From Candidatus Thalassarchaeaceae archaeon (GTDB lineage Archaea > Thermoplasmatota > Poseidoniia > Poseidoniales > Thalassarchaeaceae), in NCBI GenBank assembly GCA_030747675.1, contig JASLKH010000053.1:1-16293 (forward strand): a stretch of 16,293 bases of DNA, in the 5' to 3' direction. The notes under the pieces are model-generated. The model did not search any database. It worked only from the letters and a program-made list of their open reading frames with translations, and was not told the DNA's origin. Every line of letters starts with the position of its first letter. The stretch's first letter is position 1. A program made the position numbers and the translations under genes. Shown piece by piece: positions 7,169 to 16,110 of this stretch.

Positions 7169-9376
7169 ATGCATAAATTCGTTGGTATTGCTCTAATGAT
7201 ACCATTTACACTTCTTTTACTCCTTTTCATATTTGATGTATCTACGTTCGAATATGTGTGGCTCCATAGTTCCCCAGATATCCCTTTAATTTACAAAATA
7301 AGTGCTCTTTGGGCAGGTCGTGCAGGTCCAATTTTACTTTGGGTTGCATTGTTGGGTGCATTGTTGTTCATCGATGGTGATCGTCACACATCGGAGTCGG
7401 AAGAACAGCACAAATTGAGAATTCGATTAATTATGGCATTCAGTGTTTCTTTGTTCCTCGTAGCGATGCTATTAGAGCCATTTAGGTTCACTCCGGATTC
7501 CAATTCAAACCGTCCAGGGTTGAATGCTTTTCTTCAAACTGAATTGATGGTAATTCACCCTCCAATGGTATTTCTGTTTTACACACTTTGTGTAGGAGTT
7601 GGCGCTCACTCAATTGCAGCCATGCTTGTTCCAGGGAAACCGGCTAGAGATCGCATTTTGCATCTGGCTAGACCAGCTTTCTTTGTAGGTACACTTGGAG
7701 TAGGGCTTGGTGGGTTGTGGGCGTATACAGTTCTCGATTGGGGTGGTTATTGGGCATGGGATCCCGTTGAAACAGGCTCCCTTTTACCTTGGCTGGCATT
7801 GATTCTCCTTTTGCATTTTAGATTACCAAAAGGGATGGCTAAAGAAGATCATTGGTACATTGGATTGGGTATCCTCCCAGCATTTTTTTCAATACATGCG
7901 ACCTTGGTGACTCGGGCCAACGGTGTATGGCAAAGTATCCATGCGTTCGTAGCCGACAAGGATGCAACTACAAACAGCGGACCAATTCAACGGATATTGG
8001 ATATTGGAGTAAGTAGTTCAGAAGGAATCGAAGTCCATATTTATTTGATTATTCTTGCAGGGTTGATGTGGCTATTAGTCCGTCATTTTGCTAAAGAAAA
8101 GGACAAGAAAATCGCCCCCCTTTCAATGATTATAGGTGGGATACTTGGCCTTTACATTGGTTCACTAGAGGTAGGGCTACTTACAGGGATATTCTTCTTT
8201 TTACTTTGCAGCCACGGTAACTCAAATGAAAGATCGGTTTGGATTATTTCAGGGATATCTCTAATGTTATTCAGCCGTTGGGCATTCTTGATTTCAATGG
8301 AATATGCACTAATTGGAACAATTGTATTCATCCTTCCATGGCTTCTTTCAAAAGAAATTGAAGAGATCCCATTAAATTGGACGGAAACACGTTGGCAACA
8401 ACGTCTTGTTCTCTGGATTCCGTTGGCAATTGGTGGCCCTTTTCTTTTATTGACATGGCTGATATTGATTCAAGAAGTTGAAGGGACCACCCTTGCTTCG
8501 CATGAAATGTATGGTCTTCCCTTACTTTGCTTCGCCTCCCTTGGCCTTACTGTATATGCGTGGAAGAAAGTGGTTTCTTCGGAAAAAATTCCTTGGGTAC
8601 TCGGTATTGTAATATGTTCTTCAATACTATTTGCAGTATATTGGCCCAATTCTCTACCTGGAAATTCAGATTACATATTACAAGGAAACATCACTCGAGG
8701 TATGCTGGCAGGTTTTGCGTTACCTCTTTTATTATTTTCAACACCACCCTTGATACGACTAGTATGGATTAGGTTTTCACAAATTGATGGAAATCCTACA
8801 CCAGTCAATATACGCAGGTTGGCTATGCACGTAGCCCATCTTGGAATTGTGTTGTTATTGATTGGACATGTGTTCACAACAACTCTTGTGCAACGCGGAG
8901 ACCCGAGCCATGTTGCAGTATTACCAAAAGACGTCGCCATTGAACACGGGGGGTATTGGTACACATTCTCATCGTTGACATCTTCTGAGCCTGGGGATCA
9001 AAATTGGGATAGTGATGTGGGTGACGGTCTAATCGAGATTGAAATTGAAATTCGCGAAAGTGCAGAAGGTCCCGTAGTGGCCATACTTACCCCGGGGATG
9101 CTGCGTTTTGATGAAGGCGGTATCCCGGCACGTTCAGAAACTGATGTTTGGCATCGCTTACAAGGTGATTTGATAGTAATTTTTGATATTAATCAAGCGA
9201 ATCAATTGAGTTTAGTATCTTTCATGAAATCAGGTGAAGAAGTTGACAGTGTTCGAGTGACAATCTATGATTTGACGGGCAGTCACCTAGTTTGGACTGG
9301 TTGGGTCTTAATCTTGATTGGAACAGCACTGAATTGGATTTTAGCGCCCTCTCCGAATTTGGATGAAGAGGAATAA
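7169..9376 (+). CDS. ccmF: Cytochrome c biogenesis heme lyase CcmF/NrfE family
   Basis: WWD motif WGGYWAWDPVETGSLLPW. His residues in HPP, LLHF, SIHAF and HVAHLG match the four conserved CcmF histidines. Many TM helices. Start placed at ATG 7169, downstream of GGTGA overlapping the reductase stop. Confidence 0.9.
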   Translation: MHKFVGIALMIPFTLLLLLFIFDVSTFEYVWLHSSPDIPLIYKISALWAGRAGPILLWVALLGALLFIDGDRHTSESEEQHKLRIRLIMAFSVSLFLVAMLLEPFRFTPDSNSNRPGLNAFLQTELMVIHPPMVFLFYTLCVGVGAHSIAAMLVPGKPARDRILHLARPAFFVGTLGVGLGGLWAYTVLDWGGYWAWDPVETGSLLPWLALILLLHFRLPKGMAKEDHWYIGLGILPAFFSIHATLVTRANGVWQSIHAFVADKDATTNSGPIQRILDIGVSSSEGIEVHIYLIILAGLMWLLVRHFAKEKDKKIAPLSMIIGGILGLYIGSLEVGLLTGIFFFLLCSHGNSNERSVWIISGISLMLFSRWAFLISMEYALIGTIVFILPWLLSKEIEEIPLNWTETRWQQRLVLWIPLAIGGPFLLLTWLILIQEVEGTTLASHEMYGLPLLCFASLGLTVYAWKKVVSSEKIPWVLGIVICSSILFAVYWPNSLPGNSDYILQGNITRGMLAGFALPLLLFSTPPLIRLVWIRFSQIDGNPTPVNIRRLAMHVAHLGIVLLLIGHVFTTTLVQRGDPSHVAVLPKDVAIEHGGYWYTFSSLTSSEPGDQNWDSDVGDGLIEIEIEIRESAEGPVVAILTPGMLRFDEGGIPARSETDVWHRLQGDLIVIFDINQANQLSLVSFMKSGEEVDSVRVTIYDLTGSHLVWTGWVLILIGTALNWILAPSPNLDEEE

Positions 9377-9392
9377 GCCCTACGGGCTTTCT
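9375..9392 (+). terminator. Short hairpin at the ccmF stop followed by a short T run; possible terminator
   Basis: AAGCCC-TAC-GGGCTT followed by TCT. Archaeal terminators do not need hairpins, so the role is uncertain. Confidence 0.35.
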
Positions 9393-9463
9393 CGTGACTA
9401 CGCCGCACCGCTGATAAAGGAAGAGCCGGTCGCGGGGCCGCCTAAGACTGGCAGGTGTCCAAA

Positions 9464-10159
9464 ATGGAGAATGGTTCAATCGTCCACATCGACTATGATT
9501 TGTATAATGCAGATGACAACGAGCTCATCGAAACGACGCGTGAAGACGTTGCGAAAGGAGCCGATAAATTCGATGAAAATCGTACTTACAAGCCCCTCGT
9601 TACAGTGATTGGAGAAGGCAGGCTTATTGCAGGCTTTGAAGCACATCTTGGAGATGCTGAAGCAGAAAAGGATTACGAGTTTGATATTGCACCTGAAGAT
9701 GCTTATGGCGAGCGTGATCCAAATGAAGTTGAAGTTATGTCCGAAGCAGTTCTAATCCGCTCAGTTCGAGACCCAGAGAGTCTTGGAATTGGTGCATCGG
9801 TTGAAATCGGTGGTAAGCAAGGAATCCTCAAGAGTTTCCGCTCAGGCCGTGCTCGAATTGATTTCAATCATCCTTTAGCAGGGCGAACTCTTCGATACAA
9901 TTACCGGATTGTAAAGGTGATTGAAGACCGTGCTGAGAAAGTGAGTACGCTTCTAGAAACCAATACTGGTCGAGATGGGTTTGAAGTGGAATTCGATGGG
10001 GATGATGTGACAATAACACTTCCTGAATTCGTATCATATGATCAGAATTGGTCCTTTACGAAATTCGGTTTAATTCGAACCCTCCGCGATCATATTGGGG
10101 TAGGGACTATTGTGTTCCGTGAAGTTCACGAAGCACGAGAAGTTGGCGAAGAAGAATAA
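9464..10159 (+). CDS. slyD: FKBP-type peptidyl-prolyl cis-trans isomerase (archaeal long-type, SlyD-like)
   Basis: IDY...IETT...G.GRLIAGFE...IAPEDAYGER...IDFNHPLAGRTL, plus the archaeal C-terminal domain. No His-rich tail. ATG 9464 preceded by AGGTG. Confidence 0.92.
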   Translation: MENGSIVHIDYDLYNADDNELIETTREDVAKGADKFDENRTYKPLVTVIGEGRLIAGFEAHLGDAEAEKDYEFDIAPEDAYGERDPNEVEVMSEAVLIRSVRDPESLGIGASVEIGGKQGILKSFRSGRARIDFNHPLAGRTLRYNYRIVKVIEDRAEKVSTLLETNTGRDGFEVEFDGDDVTITLPEFVSYDQNWSFTKFGLIRTLRDHIGVGTIVFREVHEAREVGEEE

Positions 10160-10212
10160 TCCTCAAACTAGCACACGAAATCGCTTAGAAGTAAGTGCTC
10201 CCGCCTTGGGTC

Positions 10213-11517
10213 ATGAGCACCGACGAGAAATCACTAATCGTTGAAACTCCTTTGAGTGATAATCAATTTTCACAAATGGAAAGATTTGCAGCGGCAATTA
10301 TTGTAGGTGCAGTAGTATTACTGGTTGGCGCAATTCTTGGTGATGATATTGCACCTGGCAACTCACTTACAGAAACAGTTGAAACAAATTTCTTTGATCC
10401 TTTAAATGAGGATTCAACTGAAGGAGATGCTGGGTACAACCCAGTTGATACAATTACTTATTCTGTATTGCTGGTATCTTTTGTCGTTGTTATTTCAGCG
10501 TGGCTTCGACGAATGGGAATCACATCAAAAGATAGTGCACTTTTGGCACTATTACCATGGGTTTTTTGGGCTGCTTTGGGGGAAGTAAATGAAGATGGTT
10601 CACTTTTTCAAGATAGATTTAGTCCGCTGTTTGTTTCTCCAATAGTTCATTTTCATGTGGCTGCATGGGTTATCGCAGTGGCCTTCATGTCTCATGCAGC
10701 AAGTCAGAGTAAAGGTGTAGGTGGTTCTCAAGGAGTGACTCAATTGGCTGTTTTATTGACACTGTTCCATGCAGTGATATACTTGCCCCAATTTTTGATG
10801 TACTGGCCGATTGAAACCGCCTCACCATTAGTGTGGACACCTTTAGTCGGAATTGTATTGATTATTGCATTACATCCATTTTTGGAATCTATGTCCTTCA
10901 TGGAGCAGGGTTTAATTCAAGTCGGCATCGGTGCTTGTTTCATCCAACTTTCAGGATGGTTGTCTATGTATTATGACCCTCTAAATACGACTGAAAGCGC
11001 TGTATTGTGGCCATTGTTAGTTTGCCTCTTTGCCCCATTAATCATTTGCATAATATTGTGGGTAATTGGTCAACCTTCACGTAGGGAATTACACCACATG
11101 GGGCTTGAAGCGGGGTTAATTCCTACAGGAATTAGCCTAGATGATTGGGAGAATCAACATTCTTCAACATTTGATAGATTGGAACAATTAACTCCTCGTG
11201 CAATTTTGGGAACGCCTGTAATTCTTGTAGCGATGTATGGCCAAATGGTTGATGGCCTTGCAACATTCCTTGGAGTTGATCATTTTGGATATTCTGAAAA
11301 GCATGTATTATCTCAAAAAGTAATTGATTTGACGGGTGGAGCATGGGGTTTTGCAATTCTGAAATTCGGTATTGCTGGATTGATTTGGTTCCTCTTTTCG
11401 TCAGCTAGATTTGAGCAACGCCACAGGCATCTTCGCTTGCTCGTAATTTTGTGTTTGTTAGTAGTAGGGCTAGCTCCTGGTTTGAGAGATATTCTACGAT
11501 TAACAGTCAACACATGA
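10213..11517 (+). CDS. DUF63-family archaeal polytopic membrane protein
   Basis: GYNPVDTITY, PLFVSP and DGLATFLGVDHFGYSEKHVLS motifs recalled from DUF63 proteins. About 11 hydrophobic segments. Confidence 0.75.
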   Translation: MSTDEKSLIVETPLSDNQFSQMERFAAAIIVGAVVLLVGAILGDDIAPGNSLTETVETNFFDPLNEDSTEGDAGYNPVDTITYSVLLVSFVVVISAWLRRMGITSKDSALLALLPWVFWAALGEVNEDGSLFQDRFSPLFVSPIVHFHVAAWVIAVAFMSHAASQSKGVGGSQGVTQLAVLLTLFHAVIYLPQFLMYWPIETASPLVWTPLVGIVLIIALHPFLESMSFMEQGLIQVGIGACFIQLSGWLSMYYDPLNTTESAVLWPLLVCLFAPLIICIILWVIGQPSRRELHHMGLEAGLIPTGISLDDWENQHSSTFDRLEQLTPRAILGTPVILVAMYGQMVDGLATFLGVDHFGYSEKHVLSQKVIDLTGGAWGFAILKFGIAGLIWFLFSSARFEQRHRHLRLLVILCLLVVGLAPGLRDILRLTVNT

Positions 11518-11568
11518 TAGTGCGAGCGTTCAAGGCCAAGGTCGTAATCGCACCCCTAAGGGGTGCGT

Positions 11569-13179
11569 ATGGACCGACTTCAAACCCGAGTCAATTCCTC
11601 GGACGAACTTTTCAAGTCAAACCATGAGCACAACAGTGCTTTGCTTGCAACATTGCGCGAACGCCTAGAAGTTGTACAACAAGGTGGTGGCGGGAAATAT
11701 GTTGAGAAGCACCGAAGCCGAGGTAAGGCCCTTCCTCGCGAACGAATCTCTGCCATTTGTGACTCTGGTACTCCATTTCTTGAGTTATCTCCGCTTGCAG
11801 CATACGACCTCTACGATGGTCGAGCTGCCAGTGCGGGAATGGTCACAGGGGTGGGTGTTGTCCATGGAAGGGAATGCCTGTTTGTGGCCAACGATGCTAC
11901 TGTGAAAGGTGGTTCATACTATCCCATGACTGTCAAAAAACACATTCGGGCTCAAGAAGTTGCCAACACCAATCATCTACCTTGCATTTACTTGGTCGAT
12001 TCGGGCGGAGCATTCCTTCCAATGCAGGACGAGGTATTTCCAGACAGAGATCACTTTGGCCGCATCTTTCGCAATCAGGCAATCATGAGTGGAAAGGGCA
12101 TCCCTCAAATCGCTGCAGTCTGTGGTTCCTGCACAGCAGGTGGTGCATATGTTCCTGCAATGTCTGATGAATCAATCATTGTCAAGGGCAATGGTACTAT
12201 TTTCCTCGCAGGTCCCCCCTTAGTCAAAGCTGCAACAGGCGAAGAAGTCACTGCCGAAGATTTGGGTGGAGCGGATGTTCACACAGCCCAATCTGGAGTC
12301 GCCGACCATTTTGCGGAAGACGAACCGAGTGCATTGCGTATGGTACGCAACATCGTTGAGAATCTGAATGCTGGCGTGAAGACGAAATTGGATGTTCGAC
12401 CTCCCGAGAATCCAGCCTACCCAATCGACGAGATCCTCGGCATTATCCCAGAAGACAACCGAACACCGTTCGATGTTCGAGAGATCATCTCCCGAATCGT
12501 TGATGGTAGCCGCTTCCACGAGTTCAAAGCCAGGTATGGACCCACCCTCGTTTGTGGATTTGCTAGAATTCATGGCTATCCAGTTGGTATTGTTGCCAAC
12601 AATGGGATTCTTTTTTCAGAATCATCACAAAAAGGAGCACATTTCGTCGAATTATGTGGTCAAAGAGGAATTCCTCTGGTATTTTTGCAGAATATTACGG
12701 GTTTCATGGTTGGCCGAGATTACGAAGCAGGTGGGATTGCAAAGGATGGTGCTAAACTAGTGACAGCAGTATCTTGCGTCCCCGTGCCCAAGTTCACGGT
12801 CATTATTGGAGGGAGTCACGGAGCCGGCAACTACGGCATGTGTGGTCGTGCCTACGACCCACGCTTCCTGTTCATGTGGCCAAACAGTCGCATATCAGTC
12901 ATGGGAGGCCCGCAGGCGGCTGATGTTCTTGCGACAGTGAAACAAGATCAGAGGGCCCGTGAAGGCCTCGATCCTATGACTGATGAAGAGTGGGCTGACT
13001 TCCAAGCACCGATTCTTGAGAAATACGATGCCGAAGGTTCACCGTATTATTCGACCGCTCGGCTATGGGATGATGGAATCATCGACCCGCGGGATACCCG
13101 GGACATGCTTGGTTTGGCGATTAGTACTAGCTTGAATGCACCAATGCCGGAGACGAAATTCGGGATATTTAGAATGTGA
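11569..13179 (+). CDS. liuB: 3-methylcrotonyl-CoA carboxylase beta (carboxyltransferase) subunit
   Basis: [86 protein letters not shown] and C-terminal FGIFRM. ATG 11569 follows GGGGTG. Confidence 0.93.
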   Translation: MDRLQTRVNSSDELFKSNHEHNSALLATLRERLEVVQQGGGGKYVEKHRSRGKALPRERISAICDSGTPFLELSPLAAYDLYDGRAASAGMVTGVGVVHGRECLFVANDATVKGGSYYPMTVKKHIRAQEVANTNHLPCIYLVDSGGAFLPMQDEVFPDRDHFGRIFRNQAIMSGKGIPQIAAVCGSCTAGGAYVPAMSDESIIVKGNGTIFLAGPPLVKAATGEEVTAEDLGGADVHTAQSGVADHFAEDEPSALRMVRNIVENLNAGVKTKLDVRPPENPAYPIDEILGIIPEDNRTPFDVREIISRIVDGSRFHEFKARYGPTLVCGFARIHGYPVGIVANNGILFSESSQKGAHFVELCGQRGIPLVFLQNITGFMVGRDYEAGGIAKDGAKLVTAVSCVPVPKFTVIIGGSHGAGNYGMCGRAYDPRFLFMWPNSRISVMGGPQAADVLATVKQDQRAREGLDPMTDEEWADFQAPILEKYDAEGSPYYSTARLWDDGIIDPRDTRDMLGLAISTSLNAPMPETKFGIFRM

Positions 13180-13193
13180 AAGGGGCAATTGAA

Positions 13194-14051
13194 ATGTTAA
13201 ATTTTGCAATTGAAGATTTAAAACCAGAAACCAACCTTTGCACTCTTGAAATAAGGGGCTCCGTCGCACATTTGACCCTGACTCGAGAAGATGTGTATAA
13301 TGCCCTCAATATTCCACTTATCAGTGAAATCATATCGATTCTTGATTGGACCAAGGAGAGATCGGTTGGCGAGCGAGGCACATTGCTTGATTCAGCCGGG
13401 GAACAATACCTCCGGGTTCTTGTGCTCTCAGGAGCAGGCAAGCATTTCTGCGCAGGTGCTGACATCAATATGATGCGGGATGCTGGTGCAAAAAGCTCTG
13501 AAGAAAACAGAATTGATTCTGAGAGATTAGATTGCTTGTTCAACAGCCTGTGGGCCCATCCATGCTTTACCGTTGGTAAAATCCAAGGTGTTGCTTTGGG
13601 GGGTGGGGCTGGTTTGGTTGCTTGCCTTGACCACGTAATCGTTGATTCTCGGGCACGTATCGCTCTTTCAGAAGGAAAATTAGGAATCTTACCAGCAGTC
13701 ATTGGCCCCTATGTCTATCGCAAGGTGGGAAGTGCAGAATTCCGTCGACTCGCCATGGTTGCAGGAAGAATTGGTGCCGAAGAATCATTACGAATTGGTT
13801 TGGTCAATCAATTAACGGATTCACTGGATGGCGCAGAATCCACAGTTGTAGAAGAAGTCTTGACAACAGGACCGATGGCTGTTGCAGAAGCTAAGAAACT
13901 CACACTCACATTTGACCGATGGAATGGAACCGATGAAGAACTCAGGCAATGGACATTGGACAAAACCAGTGCAATGCGAGGTTCTGATGAGGGGCAAGAG
14001 GGTCTCGCATCATTTCTTGAGAAGCGCCCACCTAATTGGAAAGAGGAGTGA
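13194..14051 (+). CDS. liuC: Enoyl-CoA hydratase family, methylglutaconyl-CoA hydratase (LiuC-like)
   Basis: FCAGAD, GGGAGLVACLD, SEGKLGILP and EGQEGLASFLEKRPP. It sits between the MCC subunits. An alternative start is GTG 13176. Confidence 0.85.
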   Translation: MLNFAIEDLKPETNLCTLEIRGSVAHLTLTREDVYNALNIPLISEIISILDWTKERSVGERGTLLDSAGEQYLRVLVLSGAGKHFCAGADINMMRDAGAKSSEENRIDSERLDCLFNSLWAHPCFTVGKIQGVALGGGAGLVACLDHVIVDSRARIALSEGKLGILPAVIGPYVYRKVGSAEFRRLAMVAGRIGAEESLRIGLVNQLTDSLDGAESTVVEEVLTTGPMAVAEAKKLTLTFDRWNGTDEELRQWTLDKTSAMRGSDEGQEGLASFLEKRPPNWKEE

Positions 14052-14057
14052 ATCCAC

Positions 14058-15599
14058 ATGGGTGGGCCAGATTGGATGGAGGGTGCCCCGCACCCAATAT
14101 CCAAAATCTTGGTTGCAAACAGGGGCGAAATTGCTTGCAGAATTTTCCGCTCTTGTGCCGAACTTGGCTTAGGGTCTGTCGCAATTTTCTCAGAGGCAGA
14201 TCGCGGGTCATTACATCAACAAACTGCAGACGAATCTGTATTTCTCCCCGGTGACAACCTTTCTGAAACATATCTCAATATCGAGGCAATTTTGGCTGCT
14301 GCTGAAGAGACGGGCGCAGATGCAATCCACCCTGGTTATGGTTTCCTTTCGGAGAGGAGTTCCTTCGCAAACGCTGTAAAGGCTGCAGGACTAGTTTGGA
14401 TTGGACCATCCGCCCGCGCAATCGATGAGATGGGTGATAAAATCAGCGCAAGACGTGCCATGATTACTGCAGGTGTCCCCGTCATACCTGGTGAAGAATT
14501 ATCCTTGGAGAACCCCGGTGACATGGTGGATGATCTTGTTCGAGCGGCAACACGTGTAGGTTATCCTCTGTTACTGAAAGCCAGTGCAGGTGGGGGTGGA
14601 AAAGGCATGCGAATGGTTCACGAACCACGAAATTTACAGAGAGAATATGCAGCAGCAAGTCGTGAAGCAGCGACATCATTTGGCGATGGCACGGTCTACG
14701 TCGAACGCTTGCTAGAGAAATCTCGTCATGTCGAAGTCCAAGTCTTGACAGACACGCTAGGTAATGCTGTTCACCTGTTTGAACGGGAATGTAGCATTCA
14801 ACGTCGACATCAGAAAGTGGTTGAAGAAGCCCCATCCCCCGTTCTCGATGAGATTACACGTGAGCAGATGGGTTCAGCGGCGGTGAATGCAGCGAAGGCT
14901 GTAGATTACGAAGGTGCAGGGACCGTTGAATTCCTTCTCGCAGAAGATGGCGAATTCCATTTTCTTGAGATGAATACACGTCTACAGGTAGAACACCCGA
15001 TTACCGAATGCATCAGTGGTGTCGATTTGGTTGTGGAACAAATTCGAGTTGCTGCTGGATTGCCTTTGCCCTTCACCCAATCTGATATCGCCATCCGCGG
15101 TCATGCGATTGAAGTTCGTATCTATGCAGAAGATCCAGCCAATAATTTCCTCCCTGCCATTGGACCACTAGCAATGTTTCGCCCACCAACCGGTCCAGGA
15201 ATTCGCCTTGACACAGGTGTTCGGGAAGGTGATTCGGCCAGCATTGATTTCGATCCGATGCTAGCAAAATTGGTGGTTCATGCGCCGGATAGAAACGCAG
15301 CGATCCGACGAATGAAACGGGCATGCGAGGATTTCGTGTTACTTGGGGTGACGACAAACTTGGGATTCCTCTGCGAAATCATGGGTCACTCTGCATACCA
15401 CGCTGGTGAAACAACAACAGATTTCATCGAAGTGAATTGGCCCGAAGGCTGGTCTCCAAAAACGTCGGATGTAGCCCCCTTTGCCGCAGCTGCATCCGAA
15501 CACTACGGACTATATCGGGAAGCAACCATAATCGAAAAAGAAGGTGGCCGCGGTAGCCCATACAACCCCTTCTTATCTCTGAGGAGGTCATTTCCGTGA
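14058..15599 (+). CDS. liuD: Biotin carboxylase subunit of 3-methylcrotonyl-CoA carboxylase (alpha, lacking the biotinyl domain)
   Basis: KILVANRGEIA, HPGYGFLSE, KASAGGGGKGMR, RECSIQRRHQKVVEE, EMNTRLQVEHP, RIYAEDP and FDPMLAKL. GAGGAG SD upstream. Confidence 0.92.
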   Translation: MGGPDWMEGAPHPISKILVANRGEIACRIFRSCAELGLGSVAIFSEADRGSLHQQTADESVFLPGDNLSETYLNIEAILAAAEETGADAIHPGYGFLSERSSFANAVKAAGLVWIGPSARAIDEMGDKISARRAMITAGVPVIPGEELSLENPGDMVDDLVRAATRVGYPLLLKASAGGGGKGMRMVHEPRNLQREYAAASREAATSFGDGTVYVERLLEKSRHVEVQVLTDTLGNAVHLFERECSIQRRHQKVVEEAPSPVLDEITREQMGSAAVNAAKAVDYEGAGTVEFLLAEDGEFHFLEMNTRLQVEHPITECISGVDLVVEQIRVAAGLPLPFTQSDIAIRGHAIEVRIYAEDPANNFLPAIGPLAMFRPPTGPGIRLDTGVREGDSASIDFDPMLAKLVVHAPDRNAAIRRMKRACEDFVLLGVTTNLGFLCEIMGHSAYHAGETTTDFIEVNWPEGWSPKTSDVAPFAAAASEHYGLYREATIIEKEGGRGSPYNPFLSLRRSFP

Positions 15600-15603
15600 G
15601 GTG
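15598..15603 (+). promoter_or_regulatory. Shine-Dalgarno site (GAGGTG) for the biotin carrier gene
   Basis: GAGGTG-TTTAG-ATG, overlapping the upstream TGA. Confidence 0.75.
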
Positions 15604-15608
15604 TTTAG

Positions 15609-16073
15609 ATGATTGAACTACGGGATTCCAGTGGCCGCCATTGGCAGATTGCCATTGGTGCTTCAGAGGCCACCTGCGATGGTGAATCAATCACCAATGA
15701 ACACACGTTTGAAATTGATGCTAGACCCAATCGTTTGTGGGTCGATGGACAATTAGCCCATGTTATCAAAGTGAAAGATGATTGGTGGATTCATATCGAT
15801 GGTGGCATCCACATATTGTCCATCGATGAACAAGGCCTCAGTAGTTCTGGTAACGATGATGGAATGACTGCCCCTATGCCAGGTAAGATTCTCGAGATCC
15901 TTTGCAACGTTGGTGATGAGGTGGAAACCGGACAAACACTGATTGTGATGGAAGCGATGAAGATGGAACATCGAATTGTAGCAAACGGTCCAGGGACTAT
16001 TTCGGCAATACACCACGATGCCGGTGAGCAAGTTGATGCTGGAGCGACTTTAATCGATATTGATGATGAGTGA
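15609..16073 (+). CDS. accB: Biotin carboxyl carrier protein (partial BT-like region plus biotinyl domain)
   Basis: APMPGKI and EAMKMEH biotin-lysine motif. It has its own GAGGTG SD 5 nt upstream of the ATG. Confidence 0.92.
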   Translation: MIELRDSSGRHWQIAIGASEATCDGESITNEHTFEIDARPNRLWVDGQLAHVIKVKDDWWIHIDGGIHILSIDEQGLSSSGNDDGMTAPMPGKILEILCNVGDEVETGQTLIVMEAMKMEHRIVANGPGTISAIHHDAGEQVDAGATLIDIDDE

Positions 16074-16078
16074 TAACT

Positions 16079-16104
16079 CAATTGAAAATTTAATTTTCCA
16101 ATTG
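16079..16104. terminator. AT-rich imperfect inverted repeat between convergent genes
   Basis: CAATTGAAAATT-T-AATTTT(C)CAATTG with a 1-nt bulge. T runs are present on both strands. Confidence 0.45.
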
Positions 16105-16110
16105 GTAAAT

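Noticed and set aside
10195-10220. Inverted repeat GTGCTC...GAGCAC spanning the DUF63 start codon
   Set aside because: Only 6 bp with a 14-nt loop, so it is compatible with chance.
15597-15611. Stop read-through or sequencing error joining biotin carboxylase and biotin carrier
   Set aside because: There are two in-frame stops (TGA, TAG) and the downstream gene has its own well-spaced SD.
11569-16073. Geranyl-CoA carboxylase (Atu) isoprenoid-degradation cluster linked to the prenyl genes
   Set aside because: The beta-subunit motifs ([21 protein letters not shown] end) match MCC-type proteins as I recall them, and no other atu genes are present. A phylogeny would settle it.
777-16081. The many 60-135 aa ORFs in the track overlapping the main genes (e.g. 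777-1163, 3638-4042, 5601-6011, 13169-13702)
   Set aside because: They lie antisense or out of frame within well-supported conserved genes and show no motifs or SD support.
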